Shown one piece after another: positions 21,286 through 30,293 of a stretch of 41,855 bases of DNA. The translations under genes were made by a program, and so were the position numbers. Source of the stretch: Nocardioides sp. GTDB taxonomy: Bacteria > Actinomycetota > Actinomycetes > Propionibacteriales > Nocardioidaceae. Numbering within the stretch: the first letter of the stretch is position 1; every line of letters starts with the position of its first letter. A model generated the notes under the pieces. The model searched no databases and was not told where the DNA came from. It worked only from the letters and a program-made list of their open reading frames with translations. The stretch lies in the NCBI GenBank assembly GCA_025964835.1, contig JAOPYB010000305.1:1-41855 (forward strand), read 5' to 3'.

Positions 21286-22503
21286 ATGCGCCCGATTGTC
21301 CAGAGCCGCAAGCTGCAGCACGTTCGCTACGACGTACGCGGGCCGATCCTCGTCGAGGCCCAGCGACTGGAGGCCGAGGGACACAAGATCCTGAAGCTGA
21401 ACATCGGCAACCCGGCGCCGTTCGGGTTCGAGGCGCCCGAGGCGATCGTGGCCGACATCGTGCACAACCTGCCCGAGGCCCAGGGCTACTCCGACTCCCG
21501 CGGCATCTACTCGGCGCGTACGGCGGTCGCGCAGTACTACCAGTCCCACGGGCTCACCGAGACCAACGTGGACGACGTCTTCATCGGCAACGGCGTCTCC
21601 GAGCTGATCTCGATGGTGCTGCAGGCCTACCTCGACGACGGCAACGAGATCCTGGTGCCGGCCCCCGACTACCCGCTGTGGACCGGGGCGGTGCACCTCT
21701 CCGGGGGTACGCCGGTGCACTACCGCTGCGACGAGGAGAACGGCTGGGACCCCGACCTGGCCGACGTCGAGGCGAAGATCACCGAGAACACCAAGGGCCT
21801 GGTGATCATCAACCCGAACAACCCGACGGGCGCGGTCTACAGCGAGGGCACCGTCAAGGGCCTGGTCGACATCGCCCGGCGGCACGAGCTGGTCGTCTTC
21901 AGCGACGAGATCTACGAGAAGATCCTGTTCGACAACGCGGTGCACCACCACACCGCGTCGTACGTCCGCGACGACGTGCTGTGCCTGACCTTCAGCGGGC
22001 TCTCGAAGGCCTACCGGGTCTGCGGCTACCGCGCCGGCTGGGTGATGGTGTCGGGTCCCAAGCACCTGGCCGAGGACTTCCTCGAGGGGCTCACCCTGCT
22101 CGCGAACATGCGGATGTGCCCCAACGTCCCCGCGCAGCACGCCATCCAGACCGCGCTCGGCGGCTACCAGTCGATCAACGAGTACATCCACCCCGGTGGC
22201 CGCTTCTACGAGCAGAGCAAGACCGCCGCCAAGCTGCTCAACGACATCCCCGGCGTCAGCTGCGTCGAACCGAGGGGAGCGCTCTACTGCTTCCCCCGGC
22301 TGGATCCCGAGGTCTACCCGATCAAGGACGACGAGCAGTTCGTGATCGACCTGCTGCGCGCCAAGAAGATCCTGGTCACCCACGGCACCGGCTTCAACTG
22401 GTTCGAGCCCGACCACTTCCGCCTGGTCACCCTCCCCGACCTCGACACCCTCACCGAGGCCATCGGCCGGATCGCCGACTTCCTGGGGACCCAGCGGGTC
22501 TGA
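21286..22503 (+). CDS. PLP-dependent aminotransferase class I/II, AlaA (YfbQ)-type
   Basis: KLQHVRYDVRGP, KLNIGNPAPFGF, INPNNPTG, DEIYEK, SGLSKAYRVCGYRAGW (PLP Lys). Confidence 0.93.
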   Translation: MRPIVQSRKLQHVRYDVRGPILVEAQRLEAEGHKILKLNIGNPAPFGFEAPEAIVADIVHNLPEAQGYSDSRGIYSARTAVAQYYQSHGLTETNVDDVFIGNGVSELISMVLQAYLDDGNEILVPAPDYPLWTGAVHLSGGTPVHYRCDEENGWDPDLADVEAKITENTKGLVIINPNNPTGAVYSEGTVKGLVDIARRHELVVFSDEIYEKILFDNAVHHHTASYVRDDVLCLTFSGLSKAYRVCGYRAGWVMVSGPKHLAEDFLEGLTLLANMRMCPNVPAQHAIQTALGGYQSINEYIHPGGRFYEQSKTAAKLLNDIPGVSCVEPRGALYCFPRLDPEVYPIKDDEQFVIDLLRAKKILVTHGTGFNWFEPDHFRLVTLPDLDTLTEAIGRIADFLGTQRV

Positions 22504-22561
22504 GGGCAGCAGGTTTTCCCGGTCGGCCGGTGATTCCTGTACCCCGGCCTACGATGACCTC

Positions 22562-23218
22562 ATGTCACGCAAGATCGAGCGACTGACGCTGGATCACCTC
22601 GAGCACCTGCCCGGGGGGTGTGGTGACTGCGTGTTCTGGGAGCTCGATCCCGTACGCCGGGAGGCGGTGCGCGGGCACGAGGCCGAGGAGAAGGCGGCGT
22701 GGGTGTCGATGGTGCTGCGCGAGTGGGGGTCGTGCGGCCGGGTGGCGGTCGTGGACGGGGAGATCGTCGGCCACATAATCTGGGCGCCGCCGGTGCACGT
22801 GCCGGCCTCGAACGGGTTCGCCACGGCGCCGGTGAGCGCGGACGCGGTGATCCTGACCACGGCGTACGTCGATCCCGAGCACCGCGGCGGGGGACTGGGC
22901 CGGATGCTGATGCAGGGGATGGCCAAGGACCTCGTCTCCCGGGGCGGGGTCAAGGCGGTCGAGGCCTTCGGCGACACGCGCGGTCGCACCGGGCACTGCG
23001 TGGTGCCCGCCGACTTCCTGCTGGCGGTCGGCTTCTCCACCTACCGCGCCCACCCGGTCAACCCGCGGATGCGGATGGACCTGCGCACCACGCTGTCGAT
23101 CCGCGAGGAGCTGGAGAAGACGCTGGAGCGGCTGCTGGCGCCGGTGAAGCGCCCGGCCCCAGAGCTCGGCCAGCCGACGAGGTCCGCGCGGACGGCGGAC
23201 GACACGCCCGGCTCCTGA
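22562..23218 (+). CDS. GNAT acetyltransferase (Rv3916c-like)
   Basis: CGDCVFWELDP, EWGSCG, PVSADAV, HRGGGLGR (acetyl-CoA motif); usual neighbour of cwlM. Confidence 0.88.
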   Translation: MSRKIERLTLDHLEHLPGGCGDCVFWELDPVRREAVRGHEAEEKAAWVSMVLREWGSCGRVAVVDGEIVGHIIWAPPVHVPASNGFATAPVSADAVILTTAYVDPEHRGGGLGRMLMQGMAKDLVSRGGVKAVEAFGDTRGRTGHCVVPADFLLAVGFSTYRAHPVNPRMRMDLRTTLSIREELEKTLERLLAPVKRPAPELGQPTRSARTADDTPGS

Positions 23219-23227
23219 GGAGCAGGC

Positions 23228-24397
23228 TCAGGCGTGGAAGCTGTCCCGCAGCTCGCTGACCCGGAGCACGCCGGTGTGCGCGTCCACGTCGGGGCTGAGG
23301 TAGAACCGCTGCACCGCGACCACGATCGACTCGGCGAGCACGTCGCGGAACGCCGGGTCGCGCAGGCGACGGGCGTCGTCGAGGTTGGTCAGGTAGCCCG
23401 CGTCGAGCCGGATCGCCGGCATCCGGGTGCGTCGCAGGATGTCCCACGTCTTGGGGTGCCAGCGCAGGTCGACCAGGTCGCTGCGGGCGACGATCTCGCG
23501 CTGCACCAGGCCGGCGAAGCGCTCGCCCACGGAGGACCAGGTGGCGTGGTTGGTGTCACCGAAGAAGTACGTCGAGACGCCGCACGCCCCCGGGTTGGCG
23601 GAGGCGTCCAGGGCGAGCGAGACGAAGAGGTCGGCGCCGGTGCGGTTGGCGAACCCCGCCCGGTCCGCCTCCTCGCCGGGGGCGGCCCAGCGGGGCGTGG
23701 TCAGGAACGCCTGGACGCCGGTGGCGACCAGCCGGCCCTCCACCCGCTGGGCGAGGTCGTGCAGGATCGCGTCCGAGGCCTCGGCGTGCTCCTCGGGCAG
23801 GTTGTGCCCGCGACCCACGTCGATGACCACGATCTTGCCGCCGAGGTTGGGGCCGGCCTCGCGGATCCGCTCCTGGGCGCGCAGCGCGTTGGGCGCCCCG
23901 CCCTTGACCATCGGGCTGAGCCGGGTGAGCGCCTTGAGGGTGGCCGGCCCGCAGGTGCCGTCGGGCGGGATCCCGAAGTTGCGCTGGAACTCGCGCACGC
24001 CGGCCTCGGTCTCGGGGCCGAAGTAGCCGTCCACGCGGCCGACCCGGAAGCCGAGGTCGAGCAGCCGGCCCTGCAGCGTATAGACGTCGTCGCCGGCGGT
24101 CAGGTTGCCCGGCAGGTGCGTCAGGATGCGGTCACCCAGACGCCAGCGCGCCTCGTCGAGGCGGCGGAAGGTGAGCGGGCCGACGACTCCGTCGACGGTC
24201 AGCCCACGCTGCTGCTGGAAAGCGCGTACGGCGAGCTCGACCCGGGCGTCGAAGACCGGGTCGGCGCCGTCGACGGGCGGCCCGCCGTTGGAGTCGGGTT
24301 CGGACGCAGCATCGCCCAGAAGACCGATCCGCTCGAGCAGACCGGTGAGCTGGGCGACTGCGGGGCCCGAGTCCCCGAGGCGAAAGACTGCGTTCAC
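23228..24397 (-). CDS. cwlM: CwlM-like protein (PG-binding domains + degenerate amidase_3)
   Basis: Two PG-binding repeats (AVRAFQQQRGLTVDGVVGP; VREFQRNFGIPPDGTCGP), ARWRLGDR, amidase fold with altered Zn ligands; GTG at 24397 preceded by TACAGT -10. Confidence 0.85.
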   Translation of the reverse strand: MNAVFRLGDSGPAVAQLTGLLERIGLLGDAASEPDSNGGPPVDGADPVFDARVELAVRAFQQQRGLTVDGVVGPLTFRRLDEARWRLGDRILTHLPGNLTAGDDVYTLQGRLLDLGFRVGRVDGYFGPETEAGVREFQRNFGIPPDGTCGPATLKALTRLSPMVKGGAPNALRAQERIREAGPNLGGKIVVIDVGRGHNLPEEHAEASDAILHDLAQRVEGRLVATGVQAFLTTPRWAAPGEEADRAGFANRTGADLFVSLALDASANPGACGVSTYFFGDTNHATWSSVGERFAGLVQREIVARSDLVDLRWHPKTWDILRRTRMPAIRLDAGYLTNLDDARRLRDPAFRDVLAESIVVAVQRFYLSPDVDAHTGVLRVSELRDSFHA

Positions 24398-24432
24398 GCA
24401 GCGACTGTAGCCCTCACCAACCGCTGAGTGGC

Positions 24433-24759
24433 TCAGGCGATGTAGTCCGCAAGCTCCTTGAGCAGCGCGGCCTTGGGGCGGGCGCCGACGATCTGCTTGA
24501 CGACCTCGCCGCCCTGGTAGACGTTGAGCGTCGGGATGCCGTTGACCCGGTAGGTGGACGGCGTGACGGGGTTCTCGTCGACGTTCATCTTCACGAAGGT
24601 GAGCTTCTCGCCGTGCTCGGCGGCGAGCTCGTCGAGGATGGGGCCGACCTGGCGGCAGGGGCCGCACCACTCGGCCCAGAAGTCGACCAGGACGGGCTTG
24701 TCGGACTTCAAGACCTCGGCCTCGAAGTTGGCGTCGGTGACGGCCTGCAGGTCAGACAT
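24433..24759 (-). CDS. trxA: Thioredoxin
   Basis: VDFWAEWCGPC; ATG at 24759 with AAGGAG SD. Confidence 0.98.
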   Translation of the reverse strand: MSDLQAVTDANFEAEVLKSDKPVLVDFWAEWCGPCRQVGPILDELAAEHGEKLTFVKMNVDENPVTPSTYRVNGIPTLNVYQGGEVVKQIVGARPKAALLKELADYIA

Positions 24760-24805
24760 CTGTGCTCCTTGTGTGTGTGACTGGGTGTTCGGGTTGCGGT
24801 GGTGG

Positions 24806-24831
24806 AACACGCCCCCGTCGGCATTTCTTCC
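24806..24831 (-). promoter_or_regulatory. SigR/SigH-type promoter for trxA
   Basis: GGAAG-N18-GTT on the minus strand in the trxB-trxA gap. Confidence 0.65.
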
Positions 24832-24846
24832 CGGGGCGAGCAGTGG

Positions 24847-25848
24847 TCAGGCGCCGGCGCCCACGGTGGCCGCACCGGCCGACGTGGTGAGGGAGAAGTC
24901 GAGGTCGGAGAGGTAGCGCTCCGCGTCCAGGGCGGCGGCACAGCCGGTCCCGGCCGCGGTGATCGCCTGGCGGTAGTGGTGGTCGACCAGGTCGCCACAG
25001 GCGAACACGCCGGTGACGTTGGTGCGGGTGGACGGGGCGTCCACGAGCACGTAGCCCTCGTCGTCGAGGCGGACCTGCCCGTGCAGCAGCTCGGAGCGCG
25101 GGTCGTGGCCGATCGCCACGAACAGCCCGGTCGCGTCCAGCTCGCGGAGCTCGCCGGTCTCGGTGTCGCGCAGGGTGACGCCGGTGACCTTGTCGTCACC
25201 GTGGATCTCGGCGACCTCGGAGTTCCACGCGAACTCGATCTTGGGGTCGGCGAAGGCCCGCTCCTGCATGATCTTGGAGGCGCGCAGCTCGCCGCGACGG
25301 TGGATCAGGGTGACCTTGGAGCCGAACCGGGAGAGGAAGGTGGCCTCCTCGATGGCGGAGTCGCCGCCGCCCACGACGGCGATGTGCTGCTCCCGGAAGA
25401 AGAACCCGTCGCAGGTGGCACACCAGCTGACGCCGTGGCCGGAGAGCCGGTCCTCGTCGGGGATGCCGAGCTTGCGGTAGCCGGAGCCGGTCGCCAGGAT
25501 CACCGAGCGCGCCTGGAAGGTGCCCTCCGCGGTCGTGACGATCTTGGTCTCACCGGTGAGGTCGAGCTCGATGACGTCGTCGGAGACGATCTCGGCTCCG
25601 AAACGCTCGGCCTGGGCGCGCATCTCGTCCATCAGGGCCGGGCCCTGGATGCCGTCGCGGAAGCCGGGGAAGTTCTCCACCTCGGTGGTGTTCATCAGCG
25701 CACCACCTGCGGTGACCGAGCCCTCGAAGACCAGCGGCCGGAGGCTGGCGCGCGCGGCGTACACCGCGGCGGTGTAGCCCGAGGGGCCCGAACCCACGAT
25801 GATCACTTCGCGGATCTCGTCGGTGGGAGAGCTGGTCTGTTCGGTCAC
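24847..25848 (-). CDS. trxB: Thioredoxin-disulfide reductase
   Basis: [36 protein letters not shown]. Confidence 0.98.
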   Translation of the reverse strand: MTEQTSSPTDEIREVIIVGSGPSGYTAAVYAARASLRPLVFEGSVTAGGALMNTTEVENFPGFRDGIQGPALMDEMRAQAERFGAEIVSDDVIELDLTGETKIVTTAEGTFQARSVILATGSGYRKLGIPDEDRLSGHGVSWCATCDGFFFREQHIAVVGGGDSAIEEATFLSRFGSKVTLIHRRGELRASKIMQERAFADPKIEFAWNSEVAEIHGDDKVTGVTLRDTETGELRELDATGLFVAIGHDPRSELLHGQVRLDDEGYVLVDAPSTRTNVTGVFACGDLVDHHYRQAITAAGTGCAAALDAERYLSDLDFSLTTSAGAATVGAGA

Positions 25849-25888
25849 TACGACTCCTGTGCTGGTCTGTTCGGGTGTGCCCCGGGTG

Positions 25889-25914
25889 AACAGATCCTAG
25901 GCACCGCGCATTCC
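25889..25914 (-). promoter_or_regulatory. SigR/SigH-type promoter for trxB
   Basis: Exact GGAAT-N18-GTT consensus upstream of trxB. Confidence 0.8.
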
Positions 25915-25941
25915 GGGGCCGGTAGCCGCGCGAGGTGTGGG

Positions 25942-26754
25942 TCAGGTGAGTGAGACGAGGCTGGTGAGGTCGTCGCGCGGGAGGTCGGGTACGGCGGTGG
26001 CCGTCACGTTCACCGTGACCAGGTCGGCCCGCCCGGACTGCACGGTGAGGAACGCGGTGTCCGAGGCGTCGCGACCCGTCGAGATCCGGACCAGCGTCTC
26101 CCGCGGCGCCAGCGTGGTGGCGTCGACCGCGCGCCACTGACCGTCGATGGCGGCCTCGACGACGGCGTGGAAGTCCATCGGCGAGAGGCCGGGGGCGTAG
26201 ACCGCGACCAGGCGGGCGGGGACGTTGCGCGCGCGCAGCATCGCGATCACCAGGTGCGCGAAGTCGCGGCAGACGCCCTGGCGGAGCAGCATCGTCTGGG
26301 TGGCCCCGTCGGTGGGACGGCTGGACCCGCTGACGTAGTAGAGCTGGGTGCCCACCCAGGAGCTCACGGCGTCCAGCAGCTCCTTTCCCTCGAGGCTGGA
26401 GAACTCCGCCCACGCCGTCGGGCCGAGCTCGTCGGACTCCGCGTAGCGGCTGGGCCGCCGGTAGACGATGTCGTCCACCGGGTCCACCGTCGCCGGGGAC
26501 GCGCGCCCGGACACCTCCGCTGAGTAGGAGAGGGCGAGGCGGCCGGGGGGCGCCGTGCAGACGTGCAGACGGCCACCGTCGGCGACGCTCAGCTCCTCGA
26601 CCTCGACGGGACGCCCGTCGACCGTGATCGAGAGGTACTCCGAGGCCAGCTCCGGTCCGCGGGCCACGGCCACCGACCACACCAGCTCCGCGCGCTCGCG
26701 CACGTCCAGCTCGACCTGGCAGGAGACGGAGCGGGTGCGGTGGGGAGCGTCCAT
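25942..26754 (-). CDS. Transglutaminase-like cysteine-protease-fold protein
   Basis: GVCRDFAHL (Cys), DFHAVVE (His), VDAT (Asp), GRDASD. Confidence 0.9.
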   Translation of the reverse strand: MDAPHRTRSVSCQVELDVRERAELVWSVAVARGPELASEYLSITVDGRPVEVEELSVADGGRLHVCTAPPGRLALSYSAEVSGRASPATVDPVDDIVYRRPSRYAESDELGPTAWAEFSSLEGKELLDAVSSWVGTQLYYVSGSSRPTDGATQTMLLRQGVCRDFAHLVIAMLRARNVPARLVAVYAPGLSPMDFHAVVEAAIDGQWRAVDATTLAPRETLVRISTGRDASDTAFLTVQSGRADLVTVNVTATAVPDLPRDDLTSLVSLT

Positions 26755-26790
26755 GGGCCCATCCTTCCGCAGGCGCCGGAGCGCACCGAC

Positions 26791-27531
26791 CTACGGGGTG
26801 AGCGTGGTCGCGGCCAGCCTCCGCTCGCCCGCACACGTCCAGGCCTCGACGAGCTGACGGCCGCCGCGCTCGGGGTGGACGACGAGGACCGCCGGTGCCC
26901 CGTCGTAGCGCACCTGGTTGATCACCGCACCGTCGCTGACGTCCGGGCCGGCGCAGGCCGAGGCGTCCTGCTGGAGCTTGCTCGGTCCGTCCGTGGCGCG
27001 GGCAGCCGGCAGCGCCGGACGCTCCGGCGTGCTCACCTGGGGCTGGCCGGCGCTCAGCAAGGACGTCACCTCGGAGACGAACGAGCCTGCGTGCAGCTCG
27101 GGCAGGGCGGCCCCGGAGCCGTCCGAGGACGTGCCTCCGCCGGCGTCCGACGAGGTGGACTCGGGTGCCGACCCGGCCTTGCTGCTGCTCGCCCCGCCGT
27201 CGGACGAGTCGAAGGAGCCGTGGCCACCGAAGACGCCCAGGTTGGACGCCGCCACGCCGCCGGCCCCCAGCACCACGACGGCGGCCGCGGCGGCGGTGAT
27301 CCGGGGCAGCCAGCGCCGGCGCAGCGGAGTGACGGTCGCGGACGCGTCCTGTGTCGGCTCGCCGGTGTCCCGCTCCGCCACCAGCCGGGCGAGGGTGTCG
27401 TCGAGGCGGGCCGTGACCTCGGTGGGCATCGTCTCGCCGTCGGGCCCGGAGCCGAGCTCGGCCAGGAGGGCGCGGATGTTCGCGTCGGGCTCGTTTTCGG
27501 GGTCGTTCCGGTGCTCGTCGTGGCTACTCAT
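26791..27531 (-). CDS. Putative anti-sigma-M factor (single TM)
   Basis: MPTEVTARLDDTLARL, TM AAAAVVVLGAGG, extracytoplasmic Cys pair; overlaps the sigM stop. Confidence 0.75.
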   Translation of the reverse strand: MSSHDEHRNDPENEPDANIRALLAELGSGPDGETMPTEVTARLDDTLARLVAERDTGEPTQDASATVTPLRRRWLPRITAAAAAVVVLGAGGVAASNLGVFGGHGSFDSSDGGASSSKAGSAPESTSSDAGGGTSSDGSGAALPELHAGSFVSEVTSLLSAGQPQVSTPERPALPAARATDGPSKLQQDASACAGPDVSDGAVINQVRYDGAPAVLVVHPERGGRQLVEAWTCAGERRLAATTLTP

Positions 27532-28253
27532 GTCCGCTCACCTCCTCGCGGGTCGTCCTGCGGGCTGGATTCACTGATGGGTACGCCGCCGGGTGGGTCT
27601 CCTGAGTGCGACGCAGCAGGGACGACGGGGGTTCCACCGGCCGTGGGCCCGCCGACCACCTGCCGGAGGTCGAGGTCGGCGAGCAGCACCGCCAGCCGGG
27701 CCCGGCCCCGGGCGCACCGGCTCTTGATCGTGCCGACCGGCACCTCGAGGATCTCGGCGACCTCCTGCACGGGGTAGCCCTCCATGTCCACCAGGACCAG
27801 GGCCGCCCGCTGGTCCGGGGGAAGCTGCTCGAGGGCGGCCAGCACCCGCCGGCGCCGGTCGGCCGACAGCGCGTGCGCCTCCGGACCGTCCCCCGGGTCG
27901 GCCGCGAGCACGGAGCCACGGGCGGCGTGCTCCTCGAGGTCGTCGGGCAGCGGGTCGGCGGACCGGACCCTGGCCCGGCGCAGCCGGTCCAGGCAGGCGT
28001 TCACCACGATCCTGTGCAGCCACGTCGTCACCGCCGACTCCCCGCGGAAGGACTCGGCCCGCCGGAACGCGGAGACCATCGCGTCCTGGAGCGCGTCGGC
28101 GGCGTCCTCGGGGTTGCCCGTCGTCCGTAGGGCCACGGCCCAGAGCCGGTCGCGGTGCCGGGAGAACAGCTCGCCGAAGGCGTGCGGGTCACCGGCGACG
28201 TGGGCCTCGACCAGGGCGGCGTCCGCGCGCTCCCGGTCGTGGTCCGGGGTCAC
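27528..28253 (-). CDS. sigM: ECF sigma factor SigM
   Basis: RHRDRLWAVALR, DALQDA, TWLHRIVVNACLDRLRR, GTIKSRCARGRARL; conserved locus. Confidence 0.93.
   Translation of the reverse strand: MTPDHDRERADAALVEAHVAGDPHAFGELFSRHRDRLWAVALRTTGNPEDAADALQDAMVSAFRRAESFRGESAVTTWLHRIVVNACLDRLRRARVRSADPLPDDLEEHAARGSVLAADPGDGPEAHALSADRRRRVLAALEQLPPDQRAALVLVDMEGYPVQEVAEILEVPVGTIKSRCARGRARLAVLLADLDLRQVVGGPTAGGTPVVPAASHSGDPPGGVPISESSPQDDPRGGERT
27609..27635 (-). promoter_or_regulatory. SigM-type promoter inside the sigM 3' end
   Basis: GGAAC-N17-CGTCG, ~80 nt upstream of the anti-sigma start. Confidence 0.6.
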
Positions 28254-30193
28254 GACCTGACCGAGATGTCGGCGATCTCGCCGCGGAAGCCGCCGGACAC
28301 CGCGGGCAGGCGGGTCAGCCAGACGAGCAGGTACCTCGTCCTCGGGGCGGGGCTGAGCTGCACGGTGACCCGCTCGGGGGCATTGGCCCGCGACGCCACC
28401 TTGTCGAGCTGGTCCAGGCTTCCCGGGCTCTGGGTGACGCCGGCCGAGGCGGCGTACACCTCGAAGGAGGTGGGGGCGCCCTTGAAGGTGACCGTCACCG
28501 ATTTCGCCGGCTGGTCGCTGCCGAGGTCGACCATCAGGCCGACGCCCGGCTTCAGCCCACCGAGGGCGGGATTGCCGCGGTAGGTCGAGGTCTGCCAGGT
28601 CGTGGCCGGGTCGCCGTCGATCGCGTTCTTGGCGGTCTCGGGGTTCTCCTCCGGCGGGTCGCCCATCGGGTCGAAGTCGGTGACCGCCGTGGGCTTGAGG
28701 ACGGCCCCCTGCGCGGTGGGGCTGCTGCTCGGGGTGTTGGTGGCGCCCGAGGGGGTGCCGCCGGCGTCGCGGCCGCGGTTGAAGGCGATCGCCATCGCGA
28801 CCACCACGACCAGGAGCACGCCGATCGCGATGGCCATCCGCAGCCAGCCGCGGCCTTCCTTGCCGGTGTGGACCTCGTTCTCCTCGGGCTCGCCCTCGAA
28901 CGGCCAGAACCCGGGCAGGCGGCCACCGGGGGGTGTGTCCAGCACGGGGTCACGGGTGCCCGTCCCGGTCAGCCCGCCGGCGCCGGTGTCGCCCGAGGAC
29001 CACGACCCCGTCGGCTGGCCCGCCCGTGCCGCGGCGGGCACCCGCCTCTCGGTCGGGGCGAACAACGGCCGCTCGGGCAGGTCGGGGAAGGGCGGCAGCG
29101 GTGACCCGTGGTCGGCGCGGGCCCGTGCCGGAGCGGGGGCGTCGTCGTCCACCGAGGGCCGGAAGCTCTGCGTGGCGTCGGGATCGGCCACCGGGGGCCC
29201 GGAGTCAGGCTCGGATTCGGGTTCCGGTTCGTGCACGGCGGCCGGGGTCGGGTCCTCCGTGACTGGCTCGCCCACGACCTGGGTCTCGCCCCCGAGGTCC
29301 GGCGAGAGGTCCGGTGTCGCGGTGCCGGGGGTGCCGCGGTGCAGGGAGACGGTCGGCTCGGCGTGCATGCCGGCGGCATCGGGGGGTGCGGTGAGCGCCG
29401 GGTCGCCCACGTAGTCGGCCAGCGCGGCGGCGATCTCGTGGGCCGTCTCGATCGGCATCGCGTGCCGGGACCCCTCCTTGTGCAGCACCCGTTCGCAGAT
29501 GGCGTCGAGGGTGCGCGGGACGCCCGCGCGCACCTGGCGCGGTCGGAGCGGGCGGCGGGCCTCGCGCGGGGCCTTGGGTACGGCGGAACGCGTCACGCCG
29601 GGCCACCGTCCGGTCAGCGCCGCGTAGAGGATGCCCGCCAGGTTGATGACGTCGGCCTCCCGCTCGTCGAGCTCGCCGTACAGCGGGTCGGGCGGGCGGG
29701 GGGGCTCGAGGCTGGCGTCGACGACGTACCCGATCAGCTTCACGGCACCGGCGTGGGTGACCAGCACCGCCTCGGGGTTCAGCCGGCCGTGCGCGACGCC
29801 CTGGGCGTGCCCGGCGGCGATCGCCTCGGCCACCTCGCGGGCCAGCCAGGCGGCGCGCGAGGGGGGCAGCGTGCCCTGCTGGAGCATCAGGTCGAGCGAG
29901 ATGCCCTCGCCCCACTCGTTGACCACCCAGGTGATGCCGTCCTCGTCGTCACAGTCCAGGACGCGGAGCAGGTGCGGGTCGGTGACAGTGGCCGAGATGC
30001 GCGCGGCGTCCATCAGCCCGGCGGCCCGGGGGTCGTCGCTGAGCACCGCGTGGATGGCGACGCTGCGCGCCAGGATGGTGTCCGTGGCCCGCCAGAAGCG
30101 GGCGCCCTCGCTCTCGGCGAGCAGGTCGTCGAGGCGGTAGCGGCCGGCGAGGACGGTGCCCGGCCCGATCGATCCGGTGCTCACGTCACTCAC
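28250..30193 (-). CDS. Membrane-anchored Ser/Thr kinase-like protein, probably a pseudokinase
   Basis: LAGRYRL kinase N-lobe, but VAIH for VAIK, HGRLNPEAV for HRDLKPxN and no DFG; Pro-rich linker, TM, C-terminal beta-rich domain (AIDGDPATTW). Confidence 0.85.
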   Translation of the reverse strand: MSDVSTGSIGPGTVLAGRYRLDDLLAESEGARFWRATDTILARSVAIHAVLSDDPRAAGLMDAARISATVTDPHLLRVLDCDDEDGITWVVNEWGEGISLDLMLQQGTLPPSRAAWLAREVAEAIAAGHAQGVAHGRLNPEAVLVTHAGAVKLIGYVVDASLEPPRPPDPLYGELDEREADVINLAGILYAALTGRWPGVTRSAVPKAPREARRPLRPRQVRAGVPRTLDAICERVLHKEGSRHAMPIETAHEIAAALADYVGDPALTAPPDAAGMHAEPTVSLHRGTPGTATPDLSPDLGGETQVVGEPVTEDPTPAAVHEPEPESEPDSGPPVADPDATQSFRPSVDDDAPAPARARADHGSPLPPFPDLPERPLFAPTERRVPAAARAGQPTGSWSSGDTGAGGLTGTGTRDPVLDTPPGGRLPGFWPFEGEPEENEVHTGKEGRGWLRMAIAIGVLLVVVVAMAIAFNRGRDAGGTPSGATNTPSSSPTAQGAVLKPTAVTDFDPMGDPPEENPETAKNAIDGDPATTWQTSTYRGNPALGGLKPGVGLMVDLGSDQPAKSVTVTFKGAPTSFEVYAASAGVTQSPGSLDQLDKVASRANAPERVTVQLSPAPRTRYLLVWLTRLPAVSGGFRGEIADISVRS

Positions 30194-30293
30194 CTCCCCC
30201 GGGTGTCCGTGCGTCCGTGCGGCCGAGCGAGGTCGCTACGGCTCGGCCCCCATCGTAGGGCGGGAGCGGGTGCGCCCGGGTCAAACCGGGGCG

